In this document: one piece after another, positions 8,634-17,519 of the stretch | How the letters are laid out: each line of letters opens with the position of its first letter | Numbering within the stretch: position 1 is the stretch's first letter | Virus record (IMG/VR): IMGVR_UViG_3300049261_000008 | Coordinates: 1 to 29,264 of that record | Reading direction: 5' to 3' (one strand) | DNA from: a virus | Lineage: Duplodnaviria; Caudoviricetes | DNA length: 29,264 bases | Notes under the pieces: model-generated | Seen by the model: the letters and a program-made list of their open reading frames with translations, nothing else | Told to the model about the DNA's origin: nothing | The model's database searches: none | Position numbers and translations under genes: made by a program

Positions 8634-9280
8634 GCCCCCTTACGCCAGATAGCAAACCCGCAGTCGGCAGGCTCGATCAACACATTCGTGGTCTTGTAGC
8701 CCGCCCGCGCGATGCCCTCTCTCACAGCAAATCCTGCCACCGCGTGCATGGCGTCATGCGAGATGATCACGCCCCCAGGATTGAGAAGTTTATCGGCGTG
8801 CGACCACACGAACGCGACTTGTTCAGCGTCGTGCATGGCGTCCTCGAAGATGAAATCATAGGTGTATTCGCGTTCAACGGCCATCGGAAGACACTCTTCA
8901 ATCGACACGGCGTGCATAGTCGCAAAGGGTTTGAGTTCTTTGGGGATCATGTCTCCAATGACAACATCCCCATAGGCGCGGTTATCGATGCATTCTATAA
9001 CGCCGCCGTCGTTATCCCTCAACGCCTGTAAGATATGCGTCGCGCTGGCCCCGTGCCATGTGCCGAGTTCCAGCACATTCGCGGGCTTCAACGCACGGAT
9101 GAAGGCGTACAGGAACTGCCCTTCCACGCGCCACAGTGAGCCTGTCGGGAATCCATCGTCATAGAGGGCATGATAGCCCCCATGCGGGTCTTGAAGCATA
9201 GCATCATACATCGTCTTAGCGTCTAAGTGGAACGTTTCTGCGATTTGCTTGAGTGCGACGGGGAGAGGGGTGGCGGTCAT
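8630..9280 (-). CDS. Class I SAM-dependent methyltransferase (Methyltransf_24-like)
   Basis: VLELGTWHGAS (motif I), FIFEDAMHD, LLNPGGVIISHD; start MTATP at 9280 overlaps upstream stop. Confidence 0.85.
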   Translation of the reverse strand: MTATPLPVALKQIAETFHLDAKTMYDAMLQDPHGGYHALYDDGFPTGSLWRVEGQFLYAFIRALKPANVLELGTWHGASATHILQALRDNDGGVIECIDNRAYGDVVIGDMIPKELKPFATMHAVSIEECLPMAVEREYTYDFIFEDAMHDAEQVAFVWSHADKLLNPGGVIISHDAMHAVAGFAVREGIARAGYKTTNVLIEPADCGFAIWRKGA

Positions 9281-9492
9281 GACCAACCATCCTTTTTACT
9301 GTTCTTGCCCATGATCAGATTTAGGGCGTGCCCATCAACTGAAGTCCAGCGCTCGACAATGACCCATCCATCGTCTAGCAGTTCATTGAGCAGCGTTTCG
9401 CACTTAACGGCATCGGCGTGCCAATCTTCAATTTGTCTGGCTGTCAACGGGAGAGGGCAATATCGCGCCCTCACACTAATAACCTTGATCAT
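9277..9492 (-). CDS. Hypothetical protein
   Basis: Likely start MIKVISV at 9492 with AGGGAGG RBS; LNELLDDGWVI motif. Confidence 0.55.
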   Translation of the reverse strand: MIKVISVRARYCPLPLTARQIEDWHADAVKCETLLNELLDDGWVIVERWTSVDGHALNLIMGKNSKKDGWS

Positions 9493-9502
9493 AATGCCCT
9501 CC

Positions 9503-10297
9503 CTATAGAGCACTTTCAATGTAAGACTTGAAAGAATTTGATACGCACAGTGTATCGTGCAATTCATCCGCTTTGTCCCTCAATATCTGGGGGTAGCGCT
9601 GTGTCATCAACGCCGTGTAATCCGCGATGACGCTAAAATCCGCATACAGCACGCACGTGTCAAAGATGCCCCTGTCGATGACTTGCTCACTGATGAGGGG
9701 CTTATGCCAGGCCGCCGCAATCGCAAAGCGCAGGGGGGCGACGGTTGCGACCCGTTCATGCTGATGGACATGCACGACGCTCTTACACGATTTGAGAACC
9801 GCATCGCGTTCCGGGTCCCACGCATTGGGCGCAATCGTCAGCCCGCGTTCGATCATCTTGCCAAAGGCCTCATTGCGGCGTCCCGTGCGATACGCGAGGG
9901 GCGCGACGTCATAGATTGTTGGGTCAGGTGCGGCGTCTCCCACAAGGCCGGGATGAGAACCGAGCGGGACATACTGCGCATGGATACGTTCGGCATACCA
10001 TTTGTCAGACGCCCACACACGCGAGACGCCGGGAGGAATTGTCAGGTCAGACTCGGACCATGCGTAATCGCTTTCTTTCAACCTCCATTCATAGTCAGCC
10101 AGGATGATTGTCGCCCTGCCTTGCCGCCAACCGTGATTGTTCTCCCCATTGAGAGGGGTGAAGATGTAGACGTTATCACTGTCTACATCGATCTCATCGC
10201 AGTAAATGACAGGATAGCCCGACAACCGCGCCAGATTAAAATAGTCGGTATACGAGTCATAGACTGTACGCGTCTGGACAAAATAGACATCACTCAT
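9503..10297 (-). CDS. Glycosyltransferase-like protein (GT-B type, divergent)
   Basis: 264 aa; RDAVLKSCKSVVHVH and PLRFAIAAAWHKPLISE resemble the C-terminal donor-binding half of GT-B enzymes; sits within the GT cluster. Confidence 0.55.
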   Translation of the reverse strand: MSDVYFVQTRTVYDSYTDYFNLARLSGYPVIYCDEIDVDSDNVYIFTPLNGENNHGWRQGRATIILADYEWRLKESDYAWSESDLTIPPGVSRVWASDKWYAERIHAQYVPLGSHPGLVGDAAPDPTIYDVAPLAYRTGRRNEAFGKMIERGLTIAPNAWDPERDAVLKSCKSVVHVHQHERVATVAPLRFAIAAAWHKPLISEQVIDRGIFDTCVLYADFSVIADYTALMTQRYPQILRDKADELHDTLCVSNSFKSYIESAL

Positions 10298-10530
10298 TCG
10301 AGGGCCCTCTGTATCGGCTCTTCATTGAGCTTTCGCATGAGACTGACTGCGCGGCGTTCGTTGTCTTTGCTATCAGAGCTATCAAATGCTTCAACAAACT
10401 CTCGTTTGATGTACTCTGGCTCGCCTTTAAGGATATCCCCATGCAGGCAAATATAAACGCTCCATGCCCCTACGTGGGGGCGATTGGCAATAGCGTGATG
10501 CTGCCATGCGCGAAGGCTTATCTCACTCAT
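10294..10530 (-). CDS. Hypothetical protein
   Basis: 78 aa, ATGA overlaps at both ends. Confidence 0.55.
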   Translation of the reverse strand: MSEISLRAWQHHAIANRPHVGAWSVYICLHGDILKGEPEYIKREFVEAFDSSDSKDNERRAVSLMRKLNEEPIQRALE

Positions 10531-11576
10531 GGCAGATCGTCCCCCTCAACCTTGGTCCATCCTTGCGCCTTTGCAATCGTCTCGCCCTTTTTGCGCGTGT
10601 TCGCGTGTGGTTTGTATTCGATGGGCGATTGTGGTTGTGGCGCGGGCATTCCCCCGCCAAAGATGGCGGCGGCGGCTAATTCCCAAGGCACGTCGGGGTT
10701 AGACTTGTACTCAGGCATCAGAACGACGCCGTTTGCGGCCTGCAAGGGGGCGTCGATGCGCTTCCACTGATGGGGCGCGGCGGCAATGTCCAGCGGCGAG
10801 ACGTACAGGAGCTTCGGATAGGATGTGCGCGGATAGAGGCGGCCCGTCGAGAGTCCCATCTTGCGCGCGTTGCCGTTCCAGAGGGCCTGGGCCAGCACGT
10901 CGCCGTCACTCGGCTCATTCTCAGGTGTCAAAGGGTGTTGTGTGGTATCGCCGCAGCAGCCCATCAGATTGTATCCTCCATAGCGATTGGTCATATACTG
11001 CAATGCTTTCAATTCGTCCCCGCTTTGACGGGCCGCGATCGACCGCTGCCCGCCCTCCCGATAATGCACAAGGGGGGCCACGATGTGCAGCCCACAGAGA
11101 CCGGACAGACGCAAGCGGACATAGAAATCAGCGTCTTCAGCCCCTTGCAAGACCTCATCAAACCCGCCAATTGCACGCACGGCATGTGTCGGAATAACAG
11201 CGGTCACCAGATGGAATGTCTTGTTGGTCCATGCGTCGCACGGTTCGGGGGCGGTATGAACCACGTTGTTGATGCCGAGCCAATCCGTATAGACATAACG
11301 CTGGTCGGTCTTTTGCGCGGCATACTGAGCCAGCACGCCCAATGTGACTTCGGCAAAGTGAGGGTCTAAGGTGTCGTCGGCGTCGAGGAACGTGCAGTAC
11401 TCCCCTGTTGCCTGTTCAAGGCCGCGATTCCGAGCCCAACCGCTTCCATTGCCCTCCATATCGTCAATCACGATGACTTCGCAATCGACTGTCTGGGCAT
11501 TCACACTGGCAACGGCTTGCGTGACAATCTGCGAATGATACGGACCGCATGGGATGATGATCGAGAGATGTGTCAT
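10527..11576 (-). CDS. GT2 glycosyltransferase with C-terminal extension
   Basis: Likely start MTHLSIIIP (11576); EVIVIDD, GWARNRGL, FLDADD, GGFDE, AEDADF are canonical GT2 motifs; about 145 extra residues from MGCCG onward. Confidence 0.9.
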   Translation of the reverse strand: MTHLSIIIPCGPYHSQIVTQAVASVNAQTVDCEVIVIDDMEGNGSGWARNRGLEQATGEYCTFLDADDTLDPHFAEVTLGVLAQYAAQKTDQRYVYTDWLGINNVVHTAPEPCDAWTNKTFHLVTAVIPTHAVRAIGGFDEVLQGAEDADFYVRLRLSGLCGLHIVAPLVHYREGGQRSIAARQSGDELKALQYMTNRYGGYNLMGCCGDTTQHPLTPENEPSDGDVLAQALWNGNARKMGLSTGRLYPRTSYPKLLYVSPLDIAAAPHQWKRIDAPLQAANGVVLMPEYKSNPDVPWELAAAAIFGGGMPAPQPQSPIEYKPHANTRKKGETIAKAQGWTKVEGDDLP

Positions 11577-11635
11577 GTTGTGCCTATCGAGGATAGACCG
11601 CCTGATTACGATCTGTGCTAAGGATAGCATGAAGT

Positions 11636-11658
11636 GGCGCTGCGATGCAAGCAGCGCC
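11636..11658. repeat. Intergenic hairpin GGCGCTGC-gatgcaa-GCAGCGCC containing a 14-mer shared with 20528-20541
   Basis: 8-bp perfect inverted repeat; CTGCGATGCAAGCA at 11640-11653. Confidence 0.6.
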
Positions 11659-11667
11659 CAGAAGGGG

Positions 11668-12408
11668 TTAGAAGAGACGACCTGCCCAATCTTGAGGCAG
11701 TTTATCGCTCTTGCTGGAATTGCATGATTTGTGGGCTAACACGATATTGCGAGGATCATGTCTACCGCCGATATTGATGGCTACGATGTGATCGATTGTC
11801 ACATCGTCCCCCATCGGCTTGGAGCACCACCAACACAAGCCCTTCTGAGAGCGTAATTGCAAATCCTTGTCAGCCTTAAAGAAGCCATCACCCCCATTGC
11901 CTTTGATTTGAGCGCGGCGCATATGCTTATGATTCGCCATTTTCTCAGGATTGGCTTTAGCCCACAAGCAAGCACGACGTCTGATTTTAGGGGCGTTGAT
12001 TTCATAGTACGCTATGGCGTAATCATGGCGACGCTTGACATTCTTTTCACGCCAGCGCTTTTGATAGGCTTGAATATGCTCTTTACATCTCTCGTAACTG
12101 CGTTTCTTTTGGGCGGCGACTTTCTCAGGATTGTTCTGTCGCCATTCACGTTTTTGTTGCGCGATCTTTTCAGCGTTTTCAGCGCGATAGGCCTTGACTT
12201 CATCGAGTCGCCCCGCGTGATATTCACGATGCCATTCTTTTGTGCGCTCTGTGTTGGCGTAGTGCCATGCAAGGGCTTTAGCCTTAGCGCACTCTTTGCA
12301 AGAGTAGCTTAAGCCTTCTTTGGCTTTCTTGTCTTTGTACCAGAACTCAGGGGTGAGGGGGTATGAAACGGAGCACTTTTTGCAAGTGCGTTGTGGTATA
12401 CTATCCAT
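11668..12408 (-). CDS. HNH endonuclease
   Basis: N-terminal CKKC...CKEC, basic helical repeats, C-terminal CWWC...TIDHIV...GGRHDPRNIVLAHKSCNSSK. Confidence 0.9.
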   Translation of the reverse strand: MDSIPQRTCKKCSVSYPLTPEFWYKDKKAKEGLSYSCKECAKAKALAWHYANTERTKEWHREYHAGRLDEVKAYRAENAEKIAQQKREWRQNNPEKVAAQKKRSYERCKEHIQAYQKRWREKNVKRRHDYAIAYYEINAPKIRRRACLWAKANPEKMANHKHMRRAQIKGNGGDGFFKADKDLQLRSQKGLCWWCSKPMGDDVTIDHIVAINIGGRHDPRNIVLAHKSCNSSKSDKLPQDWAGRLF

Positions 12409-12467
12409 GTCGACTTACTCCAATCCAGTAATCGATAGATCAGCCGCGCCCTGATAGCGTGTTGATC

Positions 12468-12502
12468 AAAAAGCAGGGATGACACATTGTCATCCCTGCT
12501 TT
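12468..12502 (-). terminator. Intrinsic terminator-like hairpin after the major capsid gene
   Basis: 15-bp perfect inverted repeat AAAGCAGGGATGACA-cat-TGTCATCCCTGCTTT (12470-12502) ending in T5 on the minus strand. Confidence 0.6.
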
Positions 12503-12504
12503 GT

Positions 12505-12513
12505 ATTATAGCA
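12505..12513 (-). promoter_or_regulatory. Extended -10 promoter candidate (TGCTATAAT) upstream of the HNH gene
   Basis: Perfect TGnTATAAT on the minus strand in an intergenic region. Confidence 0.5.
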
Positions 12514-12545
12514 CAGATTGGGCGGTTTAGGCTATTTCTAGCCTA

Positions 12546-13985
12546 TTAAGACCGATATGTAACTCCCCCATTGCGGTGAAGGTAGGTAACCGCAGGGTCT
12601 GCGACTCTGGTCTGCGCGCCGTAGCTGAATGAAATATCATCCCAACGAACGGCCAGGAATGGCGTTTCGATAAAGGCGCGTAATTTCATGCTGAATTCGA
12701 GTTCGATACACCCGCCCGCCTCACGCTTGTTCATCATGTACATGCCGTTGTTCATGAATTCGGCGCTTGGATACACGATGCCAGCGAACTCGCGGGCGTA
12801 CGTGTTCCCCATGTCATGGTATTCGACATTGATCAGAGGGCGTCCGTTCCATGAAATCGGCAGCAGATAGGCATCAGCCCGCAGCACGTTCGGCGCGGCT
12901 GATCCGAGGCGCGGCATAGAAATGCCGTCCGAGAAGATGACGGGCACGGGCACACCGTCAATCAAGAGATACTGCCCGTTCTGCATTTCAAGGCGCAGGC
13001 GATTGGTTTCATCCCCTGTGATCTGAATCGGCTGGCCCGCATTGCTTGACTGGCAGCGATACGTCAGATATTGGCAGGACCACACTTCTGTGAGCGCGCG
13101 GAAGAACTCAGCACGCAGGACAAACGCGAACTGCACCCCGTCCAGGCCCACCTGTCGCGCGGTGTCATTCACGGCGTAGTACTGATCCGCAAACGATTGC
13201 ACGATATTCGACCCGCTGACCGTGGCCCCCACATCGGCGTTCCAGGTGATGACAATCGAGTCGGCAGCAGGGCACGCGACGCCTGTAATGCTGTCGGTGT
13301 ATCCGGTCTTGACGAGGGTATCAAGGCCCGCAAAGTCTTTCCACCAACCCGTAATGGATGTGTTTGTCCCGGCCACCCCGTTCCACAGTTCTGTTTCAAA
13401 CGACCGGGCGATCTGATTGCCCAGGGTGTAGAGTTCGTATTGAAGCTGTGAGCGCGTGTCGGTCAATTGCCACATGCGGTCTGGGATGAAAGGGTTATCA
13501 CGCGGCGGGCTGTTGAGAATTTCGCCAGGAATATCGGCGCGATTGCGGAGTTGGCCGACTTCCTGCAAGGGCACGATACGCGTGTTCATCTTGAAATTGC
13601 CAAAGGCGTACACCTGTTGGCACGATTTCAGCACGCCTGGCAGCGCACCGGGGGCGCACCAATCGGTTTGCGCATTCGCAACCCCCGCTGTTTGCCCGGT
13701 CATGATCGAGACGATTTCATTGCCAAATTCGGACTTACGCGGGCGCAGGATAGACGACATCGAACGCGGGCGCATGAGAGCGCTGAAACGATCAGGCCGC
13801 ACGCCGGGGCTGCTGAAAATGCCGTACTGATTGGCATTCGTGAACGACTGGCCCTGAAAGGTGCCGCTTGCGGTCGGCGTGCTGCTGGACGGGTCATTCT
13901 TCTGCCCGATATTCAGAAGGCCCGATTTACTCATCTCACTGATTTGTTTCTCAGTGAACTCAATGCCATTGACCAGAATGCCCAT
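12546..13985 (-). CDS. Major capsid protein
   Basis: 479 aa following protease/scaffold; ELWNG...FAGLDTLV pattern of HK97-fold capsids; strong RBS (AGGGAG); followed by a terminator-like hairpin. Confidence 0.75.
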   Translation of the reverse strand: MGILVNGIEFTEKQISEMSKSGLLNIGQKNDPSSSTPTASGTFQGQSFTNANQYGIFSSPGVRPDRFSALMRPRSMSSILRPRKSEFGNEIVSIMTGQTAGVANAQTDWCAPGALPGVLKSCQQVYAFGNFKMNTRIVPLQEVGQLRNRADIPGEILNSPPRDNPFIPDRMWQLTDTRSQLQYELYTLGNQIARSFETELWNGVAGTNTSITGWWKDFAGLDTLVKTGYTDSITGVACPAADSIVITWNADVGATVSGSNIVQSFADQYYAVNDTARQVGLDGVQFAFVLRAEFFRALTEVWSCQYLTYRCQSSNAGQPIQITGDETNRLRLEMQNGQYLLIDGVPVPVIFSDGISMPRLGSAAPNVLRADAYLLPISWNGRPLINVEYHDMGNTYAREFAGIVYPSAEFMNNGMYMMNKREAGGCIELEFSMKLRAFIETPFLAVRWDDISFSYGAQTRVADPAVTYLHRNGGVTYRS

Positions 13986-15202
13986 TAGCGGTTTTCTCCC
14001 TGTGTCGGCAATTTCTTCATTTTGCCCCAGAACGGATCGATGGTGGTTTCGCCCTCTTCTTTGGCGATCTCAGCGGCCTTGACGACCTCCGCAATCGCCT
14101 CGTAATTCGTGCCCTTTTGCTGCTGGGCGCTGCGGGGGGTCAGCTTCTCCCGCGCCTCCAGCATGGCAACACGCTGTTCAAGTGTCTGCTCATACGCCTT
14201 TGCCTTCGTGCGTTCGTCTTCCAGCGCCTTGACGGACTTCACAAGTGCCATTTCAGCCTCCATCGACCCCTGTTGAGAACCCACGAGTTCCATCACAAGG
14301 CTGTAGATGGAATTGAGCGTGCTCACCCACTTGCCCATATCGGCGGGGGCCTCTTTCTTCTCCCCGTCCATCTCATCCACAGCGTCCGCTTCCAGCCCTT
14401 CGGCCTCATCCATCAGGGCGGCGGGCTTGGCTTTATAAACCAGCCCATTCAATTCACTTAATAGCTTGGCGCGTTCTGCGGCTGTGCCGTGAAGTTTCGC
14501 GGCCACCTCAGTTGCCGCGCCGGACGTGATCTTTGCAAACACTTGATCCAAGTGTTTATCGCTTTGTGCTGACATCGATGTAATTACTCCTGCATACGTC
14601 ATGGCGTTAGCGGCTAAAGCGCGGTCAGGAAGATAGGTGCTCTCCTGCTTAAAAATGTGCAGATAATCCCCGTCTGCGGTGCGGTCTTCCTCGCGATAGC
14701 CGAATCGATGAGAGGCCCCGGCGTTATCCCCGTTTTCTTCGGCAAAGTCAAACAGCACTTTGGAAATAGGGTCATTGGGGATTTCTTCAATGATTTCGAT
14801 GAGAAACGGCTTGATGTAGCTGGTGGATATAATCTTCCCCATGACGACATCATCATCATGCCACCACAAATAAGGATTGTCGTTGTGGTACACATCTTCG
14901 GCGGGAAAACAGGACGCCACATATTCTTCCAGCGCCTTTGATGTGATGGTTTCGTTCTCACGGTCCATGTAGGCGTTTGATGTGATGGAAAAGATATGCC
15001 GCAATCCCGTGTTATCGGCGGGAAACGTCTTCACCCCCAGAACATGATCATCCCTGAACATCCCCTTGAACTTCTGTATCAAGGTCTTATCCATGCGCGG
15101 CGTTGCGATGAACGATTTGACCGCATGGGGATGATCGCGTATCGGCGGCGTCTCATTCTCAGGCGTGTTGGCGATGGCGTCTACTTCGATGAAATCAGTC
15201 AT
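13985..15202 (-). CDS. Prohead protease / scaffold protein, putative
   Basis: Likely start MTDF (15202); SNAYMDRENETIT, LWWH, GASHRF resemble HK97-type protease motifs (DRxxE, H, GxS); coiled-coil C-terminal half; between portal and capsid. Confidence 0.65.
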   Translation of the reverse strand: MTDFIEVDAIANTPENETPPIRDHPHAVKSFIATPRMDKTLIQKFKGMFRDDHVLGVKTFPADNTGLRHIFSITSNAYMDRENETITSKALEEYVASCFPAEDVYHNDNPYLWWHDDDVVMGKIISTSYIKPFLIEIIEEIPNDPISKVLFDFAEENGDNAGASHRFGYREEDRTADGDYLHIFKQESTYLPDRALAANAMTYAGVITSMSAQSDKHLDQVFAKITSGAATEVAAKLHGTAAERAKLLSELNGLVYKAKPAALMDEAEGLEADAVDEMDGEKKEAPADMGKWVSTLNSIYSLVMELVGSQQGSMEAEMALVKSVKALEDERTKAKAYEQTLEQRVAMLEAREKLTPRSAQQQKGTNYEAIAEVVKAAEIAKEEGETTIDPFWGKMKKLPTQGENR

Positions 15203-15437
15203 GTGAATCCTCCGCAAGAATGACATCGATATAGTATTCTTGCCCCTCTTTGAAGTCTGCCACGACGTGAGACAAAACCGTCATCATGAGGTTGCCAGAC
15301 GGGGTGTATTTCCAATATTTCGCATTCTCGTGATTCGGATCGTCCGAATACACGGCCATGAGGTTAATTGACGTGTGCTCAGGATCACCACCTTGCGGAG
15401 TGACACTGTTCACTTTGAATTTAGCGCGAATGTTCAT
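15195..15437 (-). CDS. Conserved small phage hypothetical protein
   Basis: RAKFxV...ENxxYWKYTPSG...GQEYYID pattern recurrent in phage genomes; AAGGA RBS. Confidence 0.65.
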   Translation of the reverse strand: MNIRAKFKVNSVTPQGGDPEHTSINLMAVYSDDPNHENAKYWKYTPSGNLMMTVLSHVVADFKEGQEYYIDVILAEDSHD

Positions 15438-15473
15438 AAGAATCCTTTAGATCATGATCCAATATATCACAGG

Positions 15474-17519
15474 TTAGAAAGTGCCGCGTGCCGTTTCAGT
15501 CGTGCGAACAAGCTGGCACTTACAGTTAAACCCTTTGCATTTCAATTTACTCGCCCGTGGCAAGAGCCCGCGCGCCTTCCAATTGCGAATGCGATGTACC
15601 TGCCCATTGAGGCGCAAGCAATCGTCACAATGTTCCGTCAGCCCGTAGCGCCATTCATACATCGCGTTCTTGTTTGCGTTCGTCATGCCGCCATCGAGGA
15701 ACGCCTGCAAGCTCTTGCCCCACATGTTCGCCCGACTATACAGATTGCTCTGTGTGATCGTCTTCTTCACAAGCGCGTCCTGCCCCAGATTGGGCACATA
15801 CTGACTTTGATCGACAAAGATACGCATGTAATCGGCGTTGTCTTCGGGGTCTAATGTCTCGACGTACACCCCGCCCTGCGCCAGTCCATCGCGATAGGCC
15901 TGATAGCCGTAATTCTTGAGGAAGCTGCGCATGGTGATGTTAAAGGCGCGCGTGTCGAGATACGGGTTCGGCGTGATGGCAGACTTGAGAAGATCGGTCA
16001 CGTCCTGAATAAAGCCGCTTTCCGTCACGTCATAGGACTTCTTGACGCTCTTGACCTCCTCATCCACATTCAGGCGCACATCAGGGCCCTGGGGCGTGAC
16101 AGGGGGCGTGACAGGGGCCGCGCCCGCCGTATTGTCCTGAGCAATCACGGGCTGATCGATCACGTCGCCACCGCGCACGGAGTCTTGCAGGGCATCGCTC
16201 ACGGCTTCAATTTCGTTGGACATCATGGTCCGCGCTTCCTGCCCACTGATTGCCCCCGCCCCCACAAGGGCCACCGCCACGGCGGACCACGCCTGGGCTT
16301 TTTGCGCGTCCTCTAAACTCTCCTGACTATCGCGCGTCTTAAACTCAAACGTGTATTCATCCGGGAGGCAGTCGTTCAACTTGCGTTCCAACTGTTGAAG
16401 CAGATAGCCGAGCGTCTTGCCGCGTGACTTCTGCGACAGAACTGCCGATTGTCCTTGCGATCCAATATTGCCGCTGCCTGACAATTGCATGAGTTCCATG
16501 CGATCGATGCCCATCGCGAGGGCCAGCGCGTCAACATCAATATCCGTGTAGACGCGAAAATCAAACTTCTCAGGCGCGCTGGAGAAGTCATAGCTTTCAA
16601 TCTTAGGCATGTGGCTTACGTCGGCGGCGAAATAGAACTGGCGCTGTCCATACGTGGCCCGTCCATCCATCGCTTGCTGATTGCGATACTTCGCTTGCTC
16701 CTTTTCCCAGTCGGCCTTCATGATCCCGCCCACCGCCGTAAAGCCTGGGGGCGGCACATCATCGAGGCGCGTGTTGATATAGCGCGTCTCCCACACCTGC
16801 CGCATCGCAATCGACACGGCCCGACTGAGGGCGCTGTCGCCATACCCTGGGCGGCGCTGATCCCCATCGTCCATATCCAATAGACGGATCACGCGGGCAT
16901 GGTTCAGCACGTGCAAGCCGCCCCAACGGTCATAATAGACCGCCGGATAACGCGGATCGCCCGTGGGGTAGGTGTACAGGGGGTCGATATGCGCCAAGCC
17001 CGTCATCGGGCCGTTGGGCGCATCAAACGCCTCCCCCGCCGCGATCACTTCGATATAGCCGCCCGCGTCATAGCGCAGGAAATCAACCACGGTCTGCGCA
17101 ATGAATGTGCCCCAGCCCTGCCCAAAATTGGCTTGACGCAGAACCTCCTGATAATAGTTCACCCCGTCATCGCGCTTCAAACGCCAGCCCTGCTGAGACG
17201 CCATCCGCCCAAACACGGGATTGGGACGCGTCTCGTTCTCAAGCGCTTTGATCTCCCAAGGAAGGGAGGCGATATTCTTGGCGAGTCCCGTCATCGCGCC
17301 GCGAACCATCCACATTTCATCCATGAAATACAACTCTTTGAGCGCCAGTTCACGTGAGCGTGTGCCACGGGGCGGCAGAAACGAGGTACGCAGGGCGGGC
17401 TCACTGAATCCCGATTGGATACCATCGCGCGTCACGGAGGGCGGGATCTGAATCGATTCGCGAATGGCCCGTGAGATTTGATCGTCGGGCGATGGGGCAA
17501 CAGGGATCATATTAGTCAT
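15474..17519 (-). CDS. Portal protein fused to a MuF-like head morphogenesis domain
   Basis: Follows large terminase; IASLPWEI portal-like N-terminus; Pro/Thr linker; C-terminal YEWRYG.TEHCDDCLRLNG...CKGFNCKC typical of MuF/SPP1 gp7 family. Confidence 0.75.
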   Translation of the reverse strand: MTNMIPVAPSPDDQISRAIRESIQIPPSVTRDGIQSGFSEPALRTSFLPPRGTRSRELALKELYFMDEMWMVRGAMTGLAKNIASLPWEIKALENETRPNPVFGRMASQQGWRLKRDDGVNYYQEVLRQANFGQGWGTFIAQTVVDFLRYDAGGYIEVIAAGEAFDAPNGPMTGLAHIDPLYTYPTGDPRYPAVYYDRWGGLHVLNHARVIRLLDMDDGDQRRPGYGDSALSRAVSIAMRQVWETRYINTRLDDVPPPGFTAVGGIMKADWEKEQAKYRNQQAMDGRATYGQRQFYFAADVSHMPKIESYDFSSAPEKFDFRVYTDIDVDALALAMGIDRMELMQLSGSGNIGSQGQSAVLSQKSRGKTLGYLLQQLERKLNDCLPDEYTFEFKTRDSQESLEDAQKAQAWSAVAVALVGAGAISGQEARTMMSNEIEAVSDALQDSVRGGDVIDQPVIAQDNTAGAAPVTPPVTPQGPDVRLNVDEEVKSVKKSYDVTESGFIQDVTDLLKSAITPNPYLDTRAFNITMRSFLKNYGYQAYRDGLAQGGVYVETLDPEDNADYMRIFVDQSQYVPNLGQDALVKKTITQSNLYSRANMWGKSLQAFLDGGMTNANKNAMYEWRYGLTEHCDDCLRLNGQVHRIRNWKARGLLPRASKLKCKGFNCKCQLVRTTETARGTF
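16091..16116. repeat. 12-bp tandem duplication GGGGCGTGACAG in the portal-MuF linker
   Basis: Two adjacent copies encoding PVTP-PVTP. Confidence 0.6.

Noticed and set aside
9557-10456. 299-aa plus-strand ORF and the other plus-strand ORFs in the track
   Set aside because: All lie opposite well-supported, tightly coupled minus-strand genes and show no recognisable motifs.
11668-12408. HNH as part of a group I intron or as a Cas9/IscB-like nuclease
   Set aside because: Flanking genes look intact, intergenic space is too short for intron core or guide RNA, and no RuvC motifs are seen.
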